A DNA stretch of 64,000 nt from the human T2T-CHM13v2.0 reference genome, Homo sapiens: the NCBI RefSeq assembly GCF_009914755.1, contig NC_060931.1. The stretch is one strand, 5' to 3'. The first letter of the stretch is position 1; each line of letters begins with the position of its first letter. The notes beneath the pieces were generated by a model that was not told the origin of the DNA, ran no database searches, and worked only from the letters and a program-made list of their open reading frames with translations. The position numbers and the translations under genes were made by a program. Below, one piece after another: positions 1 through 16,385 of the stretch.

Positions 1-2575
<2,575 letters not shown>

Positions 2576-2729
2576 AAAAACTATCAGATCTCGTGAGACT
2601 TACTCACCATCATAAGAACAGCACAAGAAAGACCTGCCCCCAGGATTCAGTCACCTCCCACCAGGTCCCTCTGACAACATGTGAGAATTCAAGATGAGAT
2701 TTGGGTGGGGACACAGTCAAACCGTATCA
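2576..2729 (-). mobile_element. THE1 (MaLR) LTR fragment, interrupted by the L1
   Basis: Reverse complement begins tgatacggtttgactgtgtccccacccaaatctcatcttgaatt, the THE1 LTR start. Confidence 0.85.
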
Positions 2730-2730
2730 T

Positions 2731-2796
2731 TGTGAAAAGATGGGATGACTGGAAGCCGGTACCTGTGAAAAGATGGAAAGACTGGAAGCCAGTGTG
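2731..2796. repeat. 33-bp tandem duplication (2 copies)
   Basis: tgtgaaaagatgg..gactggaagcc.gt at 2731 and 2764. Confidence 0.85.
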
Positions 2797-3068
2797 CAGT
2801 GACTATAATATCGCTCAGGTATAGATATTTTCAGAAATGGCAGGAGATATAGCTAGAAAGGTTGGCTCTGAAATGTAAAGGGACTATAATCTCATTCACC
2901 TTTGAATTTCTCAGAGCATCTAATACAGTGACTGATATCTATTTAGTGCTCAGCTGCTTAGGAGGAAGATGGATGGGTGTGTGAAGCCTGAGATAGTTTA
3001 TTTAAACTAACAACACTGCTGTAGTCAGGTAAGAAGCTTCAATCTTTATCTAATGTTAATAAATTGCT

Positions 3069-3365
3069 GGCAGGGCGTGATGGTTCATGCCTGTAATCCC
3101 AGCACTTTGGGAGGCCGAGGTGGGTGGATCACCTGAGGTCAGGAGTTCGAGACCAGCCTGGCCAACATGGTGAAACCCCATCTCTACTAAAAATACAAAA
3201 ATTAGCCGGGAGTGGCAGGCGCCTGTAATCTCAGCTACTCAGGAGGCTGAGGCAGGAGAATTGCTTGAACCCAGGAGGCGGAGTTTGCAGTGAGCCAAGA
3301 TCATGCCATTGCACTCCAGCCTAGGGGACAAGAGCAAGACTTCATCTCAAAAATATAAATAAATA
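3069..3365 (+). mobile_element. AluS (Sq/Sx-like)
   Basis: Full Alu dimer; ataaattgct flanks the two-Alu unit (3059-3068, 3702-3711). Confidence 0.95.
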
Positions 3366-3701
3366 GGCCAGGCGCGGTAGCTGACACCTGTAATCCCAGC
3401 ACTTTGGGAGGCCAAGGCAGGCAGATCATGAGGTCAGGAGATTGAGACCATCCTGGCTAACATGGTGAAGCCCCATCTCTACTAAAAATACAAAAAAATT
3501 AGCTGGATGTGGTGGCAGGCACCTGTAGTCCCAGCTACTCAGGAGGCTGAGGCAGGAGAATGGCATGAACCTGGGAGGAAGAGGTTGCCGTGAGCTGCGA
3601 TAGCACCACTGCACTCCAGCCTGGGCATCAGAGCGAGACTCCATCTCAAAAAAAAAAAAAACAAAAACAAAACAAACAAACAAATATATATATATATATA
3701 T
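3366..3701 (+). mobile_element. AluY-like inserted in the tail of the preceding Alu, followed by (TA)n
   Basis: gagaccatcctggctaac and gagaatggcatgaacc diagnostics; A-rich and TA tail. Confidence 0.9.
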
Positions 3702-3950
3702 ATAAATTGCTGTTTATAATGCTCAGAAAATATTTTGTCCTCCTGTGCTTTGAAACATAAATATCTTTGATTTGTATGTTAACAAAGCTGACTTGTTGAA
3801 AGAATGTATCACTTGTAAATTAATAATAAAGACTAAAATTACAATTGATTTTATAATAACTCCTTTGTAAGAATTTGTATTGGATTTTTTTTATAATGCC
3901 TAAAAATATATTTTCTATTTCAAAATCTTTCTGCAACCTAAAACTCAAAC

Positions 3951-4068
3951 CTTCAGATCACTTCTGGTGCCTAAGTTAGGCTGAATAGTTCTAATTTCTT
4001 TGTTTCAAGCTAAAACTCAAATCCAGTGAAGGACATTGGTAATAAAATGAGAAAGGTACAAAATCACA
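3951..4068 (-). pseudogene. Candidate fossil exon, dynein AAA5-AAA6 linker-like
   Basis: tttttgcag acceptor, AAG|gtttg donor; VILYLSHFITNVLH resembles dynein V..A...F...L.G (by eye). Confidence 0.35.
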
Positions 4069-4623
4069 CTGCAAAAAGCAGCCTCATTCATCTGGAAAGT
4101 TATCTCCTCTCCTGCTGGGCCTGAGACTTCTCACCATAACCCAGAAACACCACACAGCTGAGAGCACCAGCAAGGAGGATCCCAGGATAACAAGATCTTG
4201 ACCTGCCTGGGTGGCACTTTTTATTTCCCTGGGCCAGAGACTCCACTCTTCAGCTAGGGTATAGCCTGGCCTGGGAAAGTTCCTCCTACCCATTCAAGCA
4301 AACCAGCAGGGACCAGCGAGAACCTCAGTGACACTAGATAAACCAAGCAAACCAAAATAACACTGCAAAGGCTCTGAAACATCAGACTGTCAATAGAACC
4401 TAGACTACAAAGAAAAAAAGACTGTACTTTTATAAGTAGGCTAGGACTTTGCATGACAAACCTAAATAGGGTGACTACCTGATAAACAAAACTTTTAAAT
4501 AGGGTTGAGAGTACCCTAGTAGCTAAAATATCCAGGACATAATACAAAAATCCTGTCATGCCAAGAACTAGGAAAATCACAACCTGAATGTGAAAGGACA
4601 ATTAACTGACACTAACAGGACAC

Positions 4624-5939
4624 TGAGAGGTGACAACGTGCTAGCAGCCCTCACTCGTTCTTGGTGCCTCCTCATCCTCGGCGTCCACTCTGGCCACGCT
4701 TGAGGAGCCCTTCAGCCAGCCGCTGCACTGTGGGAACCCTTCTCTGGGCTGGCTGAGGCTGGAGCCAGCTCCCTCTGCTTGCAGGGAGGTGTAGAGGGAG
4801 AGGTGTGGGTGGGTGGGTGCAGGCTCAACAGGCCCTGCACTCAGAGTGGCTGGCCAGCGCCGCCAGCCCCGGGCAGTGAGGGACTTATCACCCGGGCCAG
4901 AAGCTGTGGAGGGTGCGCTGGGTCCCCCAGCATTGCCGGCCTGCCCACACTGTGCTCGAATTCTCACCGGGCCTCAGCTGCCTCCCCATGGGGCGGGGCC
5001 CCCTGCTCTGTAGCACCCAGTCCCATAGACTGCCCAAGGGCTGAGGAGTGCAGGCATGCAGCGGACTGGCGGGCAGCTCCGCCCGTAGCCCTGGCGTGGG
5101 ATCCACTAGGTGAAGCCAGCTAGGCTCCTGAGTCGGGTGGGGACTTGGAGAACTTTTATGTCTAGCTAAAAGTTTGTAAATGCACCAATCAGCACTTTGT
5201 GTCTAGCTCAAGGTTTGTAAATGCACCAATCAGCACCCTGTGTCTAGCTCAAGGTTTGTAAACGCACCAATCAGTAGTCTGTGTCTAGCTAATCTAATGG
5301 GGACTTGGAGAACTTTTGTGTCTAGCTAAAGGATTGTAAATGCACCAATCAGCACTCTGTGTCTAGCTCAAGTTTTGTAAACGCACCAATCAGCACCCTG
5401 TCAAAATGGACCAATCAGCTCTCTGTAAAATCGGCCAATCAGCTCTCTGTAAAATGGACCAATCAGCAGGATGTGGGTGGGGTCAGATAAGGGAATAAAA
5501 GCAGGCTGCCTGAGCCAGCCATGACAACCTGTTTGGGTTCGCTTCCATGCTGTGGAAGCTTTGTTCTTTTGCTTTTCACAATAAATCTTGCTGCTGCTCA
5601 TTGTTTGGGTCTGTGCTGCATTTATGTGCTGTAACACTCACTGTGAAGGTCTGCAGCTTCACTCCTGAGGCCAGCAAGGCCACAAACCCACTGGAAGGAA
5701 TGAACAACTCCAGAGGTGCCGCTTTAAGAGCCGTACAATCACCGCGAAGGGCTGCAGCTTCACTCCTGAAGCCAGCAAGACCACGAACCCACGAGAAGGA
5801 ACAAACTCCGAACACATCTGAACATCAGAAGGAACAAACTCCGGACACACCATCTTTAAGAACTATAACACTCACTGTGAGGGTCCGCAGCTTCATTCTT
5901 GAAGTCTGCGAGACCAAGAACCCACCAATTCTGGACACA
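4624..5939 (+). mobile_element. LTR12 (C/D-type) solo LTR of HERV9
   Basis: tgagaggtgac start, ctggacaca end; tandem gcaccaatcagc repeats; 4-bp TSD ACAC (4620-4623, 5940-5943). Confidence 0.95.
5170..5510 (+). promoter_or_regulatory. LTR12 U3 CCAAT (NF-Y) repeat array with GATA and AATAAA TATA-like element
   Basis: About 8 CCAATC motifs followed by agataagggaataaaa; known LTR12 promoter architecture; activity here untested. Confidence 0.6.
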
Positions 5940-8900
5940 ACACCAACATGAATCAGATGTTGGATTTATCTGGCAAGGACTTTAAAGCAACAATTATGAA
6001 AATGACTTAACAAGCAGTTATAAATTATCTTGAAACAATTGAAAATATAGAAATTCTCAAGAAAAAAAGAAAGTTATAAAAAATGAAATTATAGAACCAC
6101 AAAAATACAATAGCAAATTTATAGAAAGTTTTTTTCTGAATAGTTTCAATAATGGAGTGGAGATGACAAAGAATAAGGTTAGTGAACTTGAGGATCAATC
6201 AGTGAAATTTATCCAATCTGAACAGTGAAAATAGACTGAAAAAAATGAAGAAAGCCTCAGAAACCTGTGGGACAATAACGAAAGATCCAATATATTTGCA
6301 TCATTGGTTTCTTTGAAGGAGAAGAGAAGAAAATTGGCCCTGAAAGAGCATTCTAATAAATAAATAAACTTTCCAAAATTGGTGAAAAATCCAGTCACAG
6401 ATTCAAGAAGGTGAAAAAACTCTAGGATAAATCCAGAGATATCTATACCAAGACACATCAAAATTAAACTTCTATAAACTAAAGCTAAAGAAAAAGACTT
6501 GAAAACAGCCAGAGAGAAATGGCATGTTACCTAGGGGAACATATTCAAATGGCAGCAAATTTCTTATCTAAAAAGAGTCCAGTTGGAAGTGAGATAATAT
6601 TTTTTAAGTGCTATCAGAAAAGAACTGTCAACAATGAATTCAAAACCATCATTCAGGATTAAAGGGAAATAATGACATTCTCAGATAAAGAAAAACAAAC
6701 AAAAAATAGTCACTAACAAAAATATCCTGTTTTGAAGTTTTTAAAACAGAAAGGGTATGATAAAAGAAGGAAACTTGGAGCATCAGGACGGAAGTAAGAA
6801 GAATGAAAAGAGCACAAATATGGGTATGCACAACAAGATCTCCTTATGAGTTTTCTAAATCATATGTGATGCTTGAAACAAACATTTTAAAATCATCTGA
6901 TATTATAAACAATGATATCTAAGAATGTGGAGGTAGAGGAACCTAAAAGCAAATAGTTTCTACACTTCACTTGAAGTAATAAAATGTTGATACCAATAGA
7001 CTGTGATGTCACATATGTATACTGCAATACCCAGAACCACTAAAAAAAATTTATGCAAAGTAATACAATGCAACACATAAAATCAAGATAAAACTCTAAC
7101 ACTGTTCAAGTATTTCACAGCAGGGCAAGAGAAGAGAATCCAAAGATTAAGAAACAGAGGGAACAAATAGAAAACAAATAATCAGATGGCAGACTTATGT
7201 CTTAACACATTCAATAATTACTTTAAATATAAATGGTCTACTACATCAATTAAAAGACAGATTGGTAGTGGATACAAAACATGACCCAATTTTATGCTGT
7301 TTACAAGAAACTCTTAAAATTCAAGGATGATTAGGTTGAAAGTAAAAGGATGGAAAAAGATATTGCATGCAAACAAAACAAAGCAACAGTGGTTCTATTA
7401 ATATCAGATAAAGTAGGTTTTAGAGGGAAGAAGATTGTTTCAGGCTAAGAGCATCATTATACAATAATAAAAAGACCAACCCACCAGGAAGATATAACTA
7501 TCCTAAAACATGTATGCACCAAAAAACAAAAACAAGAAACAGAGACTCTATACGTGTGGCAAAAAGTGAAACAGCTGAAAGGAGAAATGGACAAATAGTT
7601 AACCACCACAAGCTCCCTCCTCGGAAACTGACAGAACTACCAGACAGGAAATCAGCAAGGATATAGAAGAATTGATCAACACAATCAACAATCAGGATCT
7701 AATTAACATATATAGAATATGCCACACAACATCAGCCCAATATACTTTTTTTCTTTTCTCTGAACACCATGGACTATTCACCAAAAAAGACTATCTTGGG
7801 ACATTAAACAAAAAAAAAGGATCATATCCTGGGACATGAAAAAAATATGTAAAAATACAACATATCAAAATATGTTGAAAGCACTTAAGTCAGTACTGGG
7901 AGGGAAATTTATGATATTAAATGTTTAATTTAGAAAAAAGAAAAGATCTAAAATCAATAACTAAGTTACTACTTTGAGATACTAAAACAAAAAAAAAGAA
8001 AAATTAAAATCCAAAGCATGCAGAAGGAAGGAAATAATTGAGCAGAAATCAATGAACTTGAAAACAGGAAAACAGAAAAATAACAAAAAACTTTTTAAAA
8101 AGTACAATTAATAAGATTGCCAAATATGAAAAGAGAGGACACAAATCATTGATATTCAGAATAAAACAAGGGATATCACCACAAATCCTGCAGCTATTAA
8201 ATGGAATACTGTGAACAACTTTACGCTAATAAATTTGGCACCTAGGAAGACATAGAATAATTCCTCAAAACCACAACTAGCAAAACTCAAGCAAGATGAG
8301 GTAAGTAATCTGAATAGCCCTTTCAATCACTGAAAAATTTAAATTTGTAATTTAAAATCTCCTGAAAATAAATCTCCAGGTATAGATGGTTTCACTGGAG
8401 AATTCTATAAAACATTTAAAGAATTAACATGATTTTTACAAAATATCTTTCAGAAACAGAAGAGGAGGTAAGATTTCCCAACTCATTTTATGAGGCCAGC
8501 ATTGCCCTGCCACCAAAACCAAATGAAAATACAAAAAAGAAAATCAGCCCATATCTCTTATAAACTTAGAACCAAAAATCCTCAACAAAATATCAGCAAA
8601 TTGAATACAACCATGTATAGAAAAAATTATACTCCGTAACCAAGTAGGATTTATTCCAGGCATACAAGATTTGTTCAACATTTGGAAAAAAGTCAATGTA
8701 AACTATCATACCTACCAGATAAAGAAGAAGAAAAAATATGATCGTATCAATTGGCACTGGAAAAGCACTTAACACAATCTAACACCCATTCATGATAAAA
8801 ACTCTCAGCAAGTTAGAAATAGAGAGTAACCACATCTTCTTGATAAAATAGTAACTACAAAACTCTTATAGCTAACGTAACACCTAATCGTGAACAGCTA

Positions 8901-9789
8901 AATACAATATTTTCTAAAATGAGGAATAAGGCAAGGATATTTGCTCTTACTACTCTTTTTCAACATAATACTGGATGTTCTGGCAACTGAAATAAGGCAA
9001 GAAAAGGAAATAACAGATATACAGATGGGAAAGTAAGAAATAAAACTGTCTGTAATGCAGATGATATGATACTGTATGTAGGAAATCTCAAAGAATCTAC
9101 AAAAATTCCTAGAATTAATAGGCAAGGTCAGTAAGGTCTCCGGACACAAGATTAACATATATAAATCAACATTTTTATATACTAACAAAGAGTTTCTATA
9201 TACTATTTTTTATGGGAATCAACATTTAAAATGTACTTTCATTTTTAATCTTGCCAAAGAAAGTAGAATACTTATATTGGTATAAACTTAACATGTATAG
9301 TATCTGTATGCTGAAAATTACAGAATTCTGATTGAAAAAAATCAAATAACACCTAAATAAATGAAGAGGCACACTGTTCTCATGGATTGGAAAACTCAGT
9401 ATAGTAATGATGTTTATTCTCCCCAAATTGATCTGTAGATTTAATGCAATTCCCATCCAAATCCCAGAAAGATGTTTTGTAGATATAGACAAGCTTATTC
9501 TAAAATCTATTTAAAAGGCACAGGCCCTATAATAGTTAAAACACTTTTTAAAAAGACTAAAGTGAGAGCACTCATTTTACCTGATTTCAAGCCTTATTAT
9601 ATTGCTTCAGGAATCAAAAGTATATAGTCTTGGCAGAGGATTAGACACATAAATAAATGGAATAGAGAACCCAGAAATAGATCCACATAAATATGTCCAA
9701 CCAAGTTTTGACAAAGGTGCAAAAGCAATTCAGTGGATAAACCATAGCCTTTTCAACGAATGATGCTGAAGGCAAAAAAAAAAAGTTGA

Positions 9790-10141
<352 letters not shown>

Positions 10142-11584
10142 ACGATGTTAAACATAAATGTTAAACTATAGAACTTTTAGTGAAAAAACATGGGAGAAAA
10201 TCTTTGAGACATTGGACTAGAAAGGACTACACTGAGATCTTCAGTTTGACTCCAAAACATAACACACTAAAGGGGAATTGATAAATTAGACCTCATCAAA
10301 ATCAAAAACTTCTGTTTTGCAAAAGACCACTTGAGGAGAATGTAAAGGCACAACAGCTGTTGACTGGGAGAAAATACTTGCCAACCATATTTCCAACAAA
10401 CTAGTATTTAGAATATACAAAAAACTTTCAAAAACAATTTTTAGAAATCCAACCAGAAACATAGGCAAAATATATGAATAGACATTTGCCCCAAAGCTAC
10501 AGATAAAAAATAAGCACATGAAGTATGTTTAACATCATTAGCCTTAGAGAAATACAAATTAAAAACACTAGAGCTATCAATACACACCTACTGAAATGGT
10601 TAAAATAAAAATTAATGACAACATCAAGTGCTAGTGACAAAGTAGAGAAAGTGGATTGCTCATATGTTGCTAGTAGGAATGTAAGATGATACCGTCTCTC
10701 TGGAAGGAAGTTCGGCAGTTCCTCATAAACTGAAATATGCAACTACTGTATGACCCAGGAATTGCATTCCTGGGCATTTATGCCAAAGAAATGAAGATAG
10801 GTTCATAGAAAAATAAGTACATGAGTGTCCATAGCAGCTTTATTCACAATAGCCAGAAATTGGAAACAACCTAGATGTCCTTTGATGGGTGAATAATCTT
10901 TGGCACATTCATATCATGGAATACTCCACAGAAAAAAAAAAAGGAATAAACTACTGATAACACAAAACAACTTGAGTAAATCTTAAGGAAATTACACCAA
11001 GTAAAAAAGATGAATCTCCAAAGATTAGGATTTTATTTTTCTACTTATAGATCTTATGGTTCTATTTATATAACATCTTTGAAATGACGAAGTAGTAGAG
11101 ATGAGGAACGGATCAATGGTTTCCAGCGGTCTATGGCAGAGGTGGGATTGGGGGAGGGAGGGAGGTGTGTGACTATGAACCATCAATAGGAAGTCTCCTT
11201 CTGGTGATGAAACTGTTCTTTATTTTCATTATGTCAATGCCAATATCCTGGTTGTAACATTTTACTATAGTTTTGCAAGATAGCACCATTGGAAGAAATT
11301 AGGCAAAGGATACACAAGATCTCTTTGCATTATTTCTTACAACTACTGTGAATCTACGATCATCTCAAAATTTAAAAATTTAATAAAATAATTACAGAAA
11401 ACACTAAACATTTTGAAATCAGTAAGACAGAGACTGAACTAAATGACCTTTTAGGATCTTTCCAGATTTTCACAAATCATTTCCCCCACATTTGGCAAGG
11501 CCTAAAGTGGTCACCTTGTATCTTTTCCAAGGAATAATTTGTTGTCTCTGTTTCCTATGTAACTTATGAGCTATGGTCCACACT

Positions 11585-11725
11585 GGGCAGAGGCTGGTGC
11601 TGCCACTGAACAGCTCTGTAGTCTTGGGCCCTCACTTTTTCTTTGTGTATCTCTGTGCTTCAGCTGTAACGTAAGAGGACTTAAAGATCTCTAAAGACCT
11701 TTCATCTTCAAAGTTCCAGAATTCC
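11585..11725 (+). mobile_element. MIR-family SINE remnant
   Basis: ctgccactgaacagctctgtagtcttggg...ctgtaac...gatctctaaagacctttc core. Confidence 0.5.
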
Positions 11726-12184
11726 AATTGTTTTCTTTTGTATTTAGATTCTACACCCAATAGAAGTTAAAAACTACAGATTTGTAGGCCTTTAACACAC
11801 TTTCCACATCATCTCCATCTCTGCTAACTTGTGCTTGATTCCCAGGCTGCTCTTACATCACCCGCTCCCCCCACCAACTCCCTACTACCGGGAAATACCC
11901 AGTCATTTCTCCAAATTACTGCCTAGAGAGTAATAGTATTTTTGTGGGTATTGAAAACTGAAATATGAGTCCTGAAAAGGACGGAACCGGGAAAAGCAAA
12001 CCATGGTCTTTATACAGCATTAAGCTACCCCCATTAGACACATGTCCCTCCTTAGTATATATGTGGCAATCCCTTTCTACTTGGGCTTTCACCGTGGAAA
12101 CAAAACAATCTCAGATCAGATCACAGTTAGAGGACAACCACCTTTGTTAAACTGGATGAAAGAAAAACCCTGTCTCATTACTAC

Positions 12185-12426
12185 CTGTTGTGCATCCTGC
12201 TTCCACAATCAGCATGGCTAGCCTCTGCATTGTTGACCTTTTAAAAAATACGGTACATTATTTCAGAAAACCATCCAGCAGATGCTCGCTGTCTGAGGGA
12301 ATGAGTGAGAGCAAGCGGCCACTGGCTGGATTCTGTTGCTACCACTGATAAAATCCCTGCTGTGATGTAGGTGGACTGGGCCCAGCTCCAGAAAGCCAGT
12401 GAGGGGTGATGTTGGGTGACAGAGAA
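12185..12426 (-). pseudogene. Candidate fossil exon, dynein AAA5 C-terminal (strut/buttress) region
   Basis: Long polypyrimidine tract ending ccaag, CAG|gtagt donor; IQPVAACSHSF ~ YRPVA.R.S.L and RASAGWFSEI ~ QYSL.WF..I, in shifted frames. Confidence 0.5.
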
Positions 12427-12858
12427 CTTGGAACAAAAGAAAGAGGTAGAGGAAAGGAAGAAAGAAAAAAAAGATAGATGAACTTCAGCCCCTGAATGAC
12501 TCATGTTGCCACATGATATACTAAAGAGAAGCCTGCTCAGGTTTTGTGTTTCGTTGCTATGATTATCCCCAAACTTTCTACTGACTATACTATCTTTTGA
12601 CTCCTGGGAGTCTCAAGTTTTATATGCTTCTTTTCTCAAGTACCTACATTACATTGATTCAATAATACTACTTTGATTCTCCATTTTGAATTAGATGACA
12701 ACATATAATTGCAAGTCATTTTCTGTTCAGTCCCAGTGTTAATAGGTAAAATTGCTGAGATTCACATCAAAAGGAAAGAGACATGCTACTTCATTCCCCT
12801 CAGCAGTGTAATAATAGGTAAATATAAAGCTCCCATGGATGTTTTAAAATAATGAAAC

Positions 12859-13691
12859 TGACGCAGGAGTGCTGGGAAGGGAAGAGCCTGGTCCCTTTAA
12901 ATGATAGGAAATGGGGAAGGGAAGTGCTGCGTGAGGAGGGCGTGGTCCCTGGCTAGAGCTCTACCCCCACGGACAGGCACTCTGCCTTCCCGCCCAAATG
13001 TGGCATTTTCCAAGACCACCCTGGCCTTCCATGCCCCCATCCTGGGCCTATAAAAACCCTAGAGACCCTAGCAAGGCAGAGACAGAGGCGGCTGGATGTT
13101 GAGAGTAGCAGATCCACGGAAGAAGACACAAGCTCCTGGACATCAAGAGGACGTCAAGGGGAGCACACCGGCAGAAGAGTACAGCGGCAGAAGAGCACAC
13201 ACTTTGGCAGGCCATTTACCAGGGGGAGGAGGCAGAGTTTGGCCAGGACAGTCTGAGAGCCAGGGCCACTGAGCAGCCCAAGTCCAAGGGAAGATCATCT
13301 TCCTTCTGGCTTCCCCATTGGCTGAGAGCTACTTCCACTCAATAAAACTTTGCACTCATTCTCCAAGCCCACGTGTGATCCGATTCTTCCGGTACACCAA
13401 GGCAAGAACCCGGGATACAGAAAGCCCTCTGTCCTTGAGACAAGATAGAAGGTCTAATTGACCTGGTTAACACAAGCTGCCTATAGACGGCAAAGAGAGC
13501 ACCCTGAAACACACGCCCACTGGGGCTTCAGGAGCTGTAAACATTCACCCCTAGACACTGCCGTGGGGTCCAGAGCCCCATAGCCTGCCTGTCTGCCTGT
13601 TCCCCTAGAGGTTTGAGCAGCAGAGCACTGAAGAAGGGAACCACTCCATCGCTTGCCCTGCGAGGGGGACAAAGGAACCTTTCCTGTTTCA
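12859..13691 (+). mobile_element. LTR1-family (HUERS-P2, ERV1) solo LTR
   Basis: tg...ggagtgctgggaagggaagagc start, cctgtttca end, TATAAAA and AATAAA present, 4-bp TSD AAAC (12855-12858, 13692-13695). Confidence 0.85.
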
Positions 13692-14317
13692 AAACTACCT
13701 GTAATATGAGGGCCGCAGGTTAAGAAACACAGGATTCTTCTAGAAATGTTCTTTTGGCATAGGGCATTCATAATAATAAAGTCAGAGCTTTTAAGCAGAC
13801 TACAGCACCCAGCTCAGAGCGTAAGGCATGAGGTGTTTAACATGAGCACCTCTCATGTGCTCGAAGTAGTTCAGATGATAGATCAAATCCCAGATTCACC
13901 TCTTGTGTCACCAATAGACTTACCCTTTGTAAACATTAATTTCCTATCCAACAAATTAAGAATAGTAATATCTATGCCTTATAATAGGTGCTTAAGAAAT
14001 TCTATCTGTGACTATCACTGGATAATTAAGGTAGCAGCAAATGAAATCCAAAACCAGATACATCTTGGTAGGGTTAGTCAAGCATTTTTAGAAAACTACT
14101 TTCACATGTATTCTTTCATTTCCATCTCATTCTGTCTTTCCAGAACTAGGGGTAGAAGCTGAGGCATTAATTGAAGGACAGAAACAACAGATAGACAAGA
14201 GGGAGCTGGTGAAAGAAAGCTATCCAACCGATGTCTGGATTTATAATGATACCTTCAAATACTGTGTTTTCTTGTTCTCCATAGATTCAGTTTCTCAGTT
14301 CTTCCCTGGCTTCTCAT

Positions 14318-14745
14318 TGTAGTACTTATGGTGAGTTGCCTACCCAATAAGCACTCTCTTTCTTTTCTTTATTATCACAACTCTGATTTTCGTAAAGGAC
14401 AACAAGCCCAGTTAAAAATATCCCCCTCCTCACACCTCCTTGTACAGTTAGCCAGAACTAACAGTAAAGCTTAATTTCAGTTTAGTTAGAACTTGCAGGC
14501 AAGTCTTTCCTAAGGTCATTAGTTCTGGCCAATGAGATTTAAGCAAATGCCTATGGGGTAGGTGGACCAAAAAGTTGTGGTTTTTTTCTTGTTCAATAAG
14601 GAACAGATGTACCTTCTGCCCTTCACCGCTATCTCACATCTTTACCGCCTGAAATGCAGATGCCATGCCTATAGATGGAGCAACCATCTGGTGGCCAAGG
14701 GAACAAGAGCCACACCCCAAGAATGTGAGAACAGGGTTTGTATTA
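14318..14745 (+). mobile_element. Ancient MLT1/ERVL-type LTR remnant
   Basis: agttctggccaatgagatttaagc and gcctgaaatgcagatg..atg..tggagcaaccatc motifs. Confidence 0.5.
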
Positions 14746-15011
14746 CATGCACCTAAATGCAATCCTATTTGATATTTTTGTACAGTCTGATTCCAAGTTC
14801 CCTCATCAATGGATAGCTGCTATCTTAGGTGCTTTCTTGATCCCAGAAGCACTCAGAACCAAGAACAATGTTCCAGGGATAGCTGACTAGCCCAGAGGAC
14901 CAAAGAAACTCCCAGCTCTGTCTTGTAAAGCTCTCATTTATAATGTCATTGTTAATGCTTAAACCACATGTATCTGTTTCTCTACAGAATTCATATTGAC
15001 TATTCACCACC

Positions 15012-16385
15012 CATTCAATCCCATTGCTGAGTATATATTCAACAAAAAGAAAGTCAGTATATTGAAGAGAAATTTGCACTCCCATGTTTATTGCAGCACT
15101 ATTCACAATAGCCAAGATGTGGAATTTACCTAGGTGTCCATCAATAGATGAATGGATAAAGAAAATGTGGTTTATACACACATAATGGAGTATTATTCAG
15201 CCATAGAACAGGATGAAATCCTGTCATTTGTAGAAACATGGCTAAAACTGGAGGTCATTATGATTAGTCAAATAAGCCAGACATAGAAAGATAAATATCG
15301 TATGTTATCACTCACATGTGGGAGCTAAAAAAGTTCAAAACCACAATGAGATGCCATCGCATGCCAGTCAGAATGGCGATTATTAAGAAGTCAAGAAACA
15401 ACAGATGCTGGTGATGCTATGGAAAACTAGGAATGCTTTTACACTGTTGGTGGGAATGTAAATTAGTTCAATCATTGTGGAAGACAGTGGCAATTCCTCA
15501 AAGACCTAGAACCAGAAATACCATTTGACCCAGCAATCCCATTACTGGGTATATACCCAAAGGAATATAAATTATTCTATTATAAAGATACATGCATGCA
15601 TATGTTCATTGCAGTACTATTCACAATAGCAAAGACATGGAATCAACCCAAATGTCCACTGATAATAGACTGGATAAAGAAAATGTGGAACATATATACC
15701 ATGGAATATTATGCAGTCATAAAAAGGAGTGAGATCATGTCCTTTGCAGGGACATGGATAGAGCTCGAAGCCACACCCTCAGCAAACTAATGCAGAAACA
15801 GAATACCAAACACCACATGTTCTCACTTATGAGTGGGAGCTGAACAATGAGAACACATGGATACAGGGAGGGGAACAACACACACTGAGGCCTGTGGGTG
15901 GGGGAGATCATCAGAATAAATAGCTAGTGTATGCAGGGCTTAATACTTAGGTGATGGGTTGATAGGTGCAGCAAACCACCATGACACATGTTTACCTATG
16001 TAACAAACTTGCACGTCCTGCAAAGGGTATCCCAGAACTTAAAATTTTTTTAAAAAACCATTGATCTCATGGAGTTAGAGAGTAGAATGGTGGCCATCAG
16101 AAGCTGGAGAGGGTAGGGACAATAAAAGAGGTTGGTTAGTGGGTACAAAAATATAGTAAGATAGAAGGAATGAGTTCTAGTGTTTGTTAGCACAGTAGGG
16201 TGACTATATTTATTAATGTATTGTATATTTCAAAACAGCTGTAAGATTTGGAATGTTTCCAACACAAAGAAATGATGTGTTTGAGGTGATGGATATCTTA
16301 ATTACCTCTATTTGATCATTACATATTGTATATATGTATCAAAATGTCACAAGTACCCCCATAAATGTGTATATTATGTACCAAA
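15012..16385 (+). mobile_element. L1MA 3' end, split by an L1PA insertion
   Basis: L1MA ORF2 end/3'UTR at 15012-15335, resuming at gatctcatggag..agagagtagaatgg (~16062). Confidence 0.85.
15336..16060 (+). mobile_element. 5'-truncated L1PA (about PA11-13) nested in L1MA
   Basis: ORF2 C-terminus plus L1PA 3'UTR ending gtatcccagaacttaaa. Confidence 0.85.

Noticed and set aside
5160-5470. Regularly spaced direct repeats resembling a CRISPR array
   Set aside because: These are LTR12 U3 enhancer repeats without unique spacers; the context is eukaryotic with no cas genes.
4641-5951. Several 60-134 aa ORFs
   Set aside because: They lie within the GC-rich non-coding LTR12 and have no protein features.
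13746-14162. 138-aa plus-strand ORF
   Set aside because: No recognisable homology, overlaps MIR/L2-like sequence, and has no supporting gene structure.
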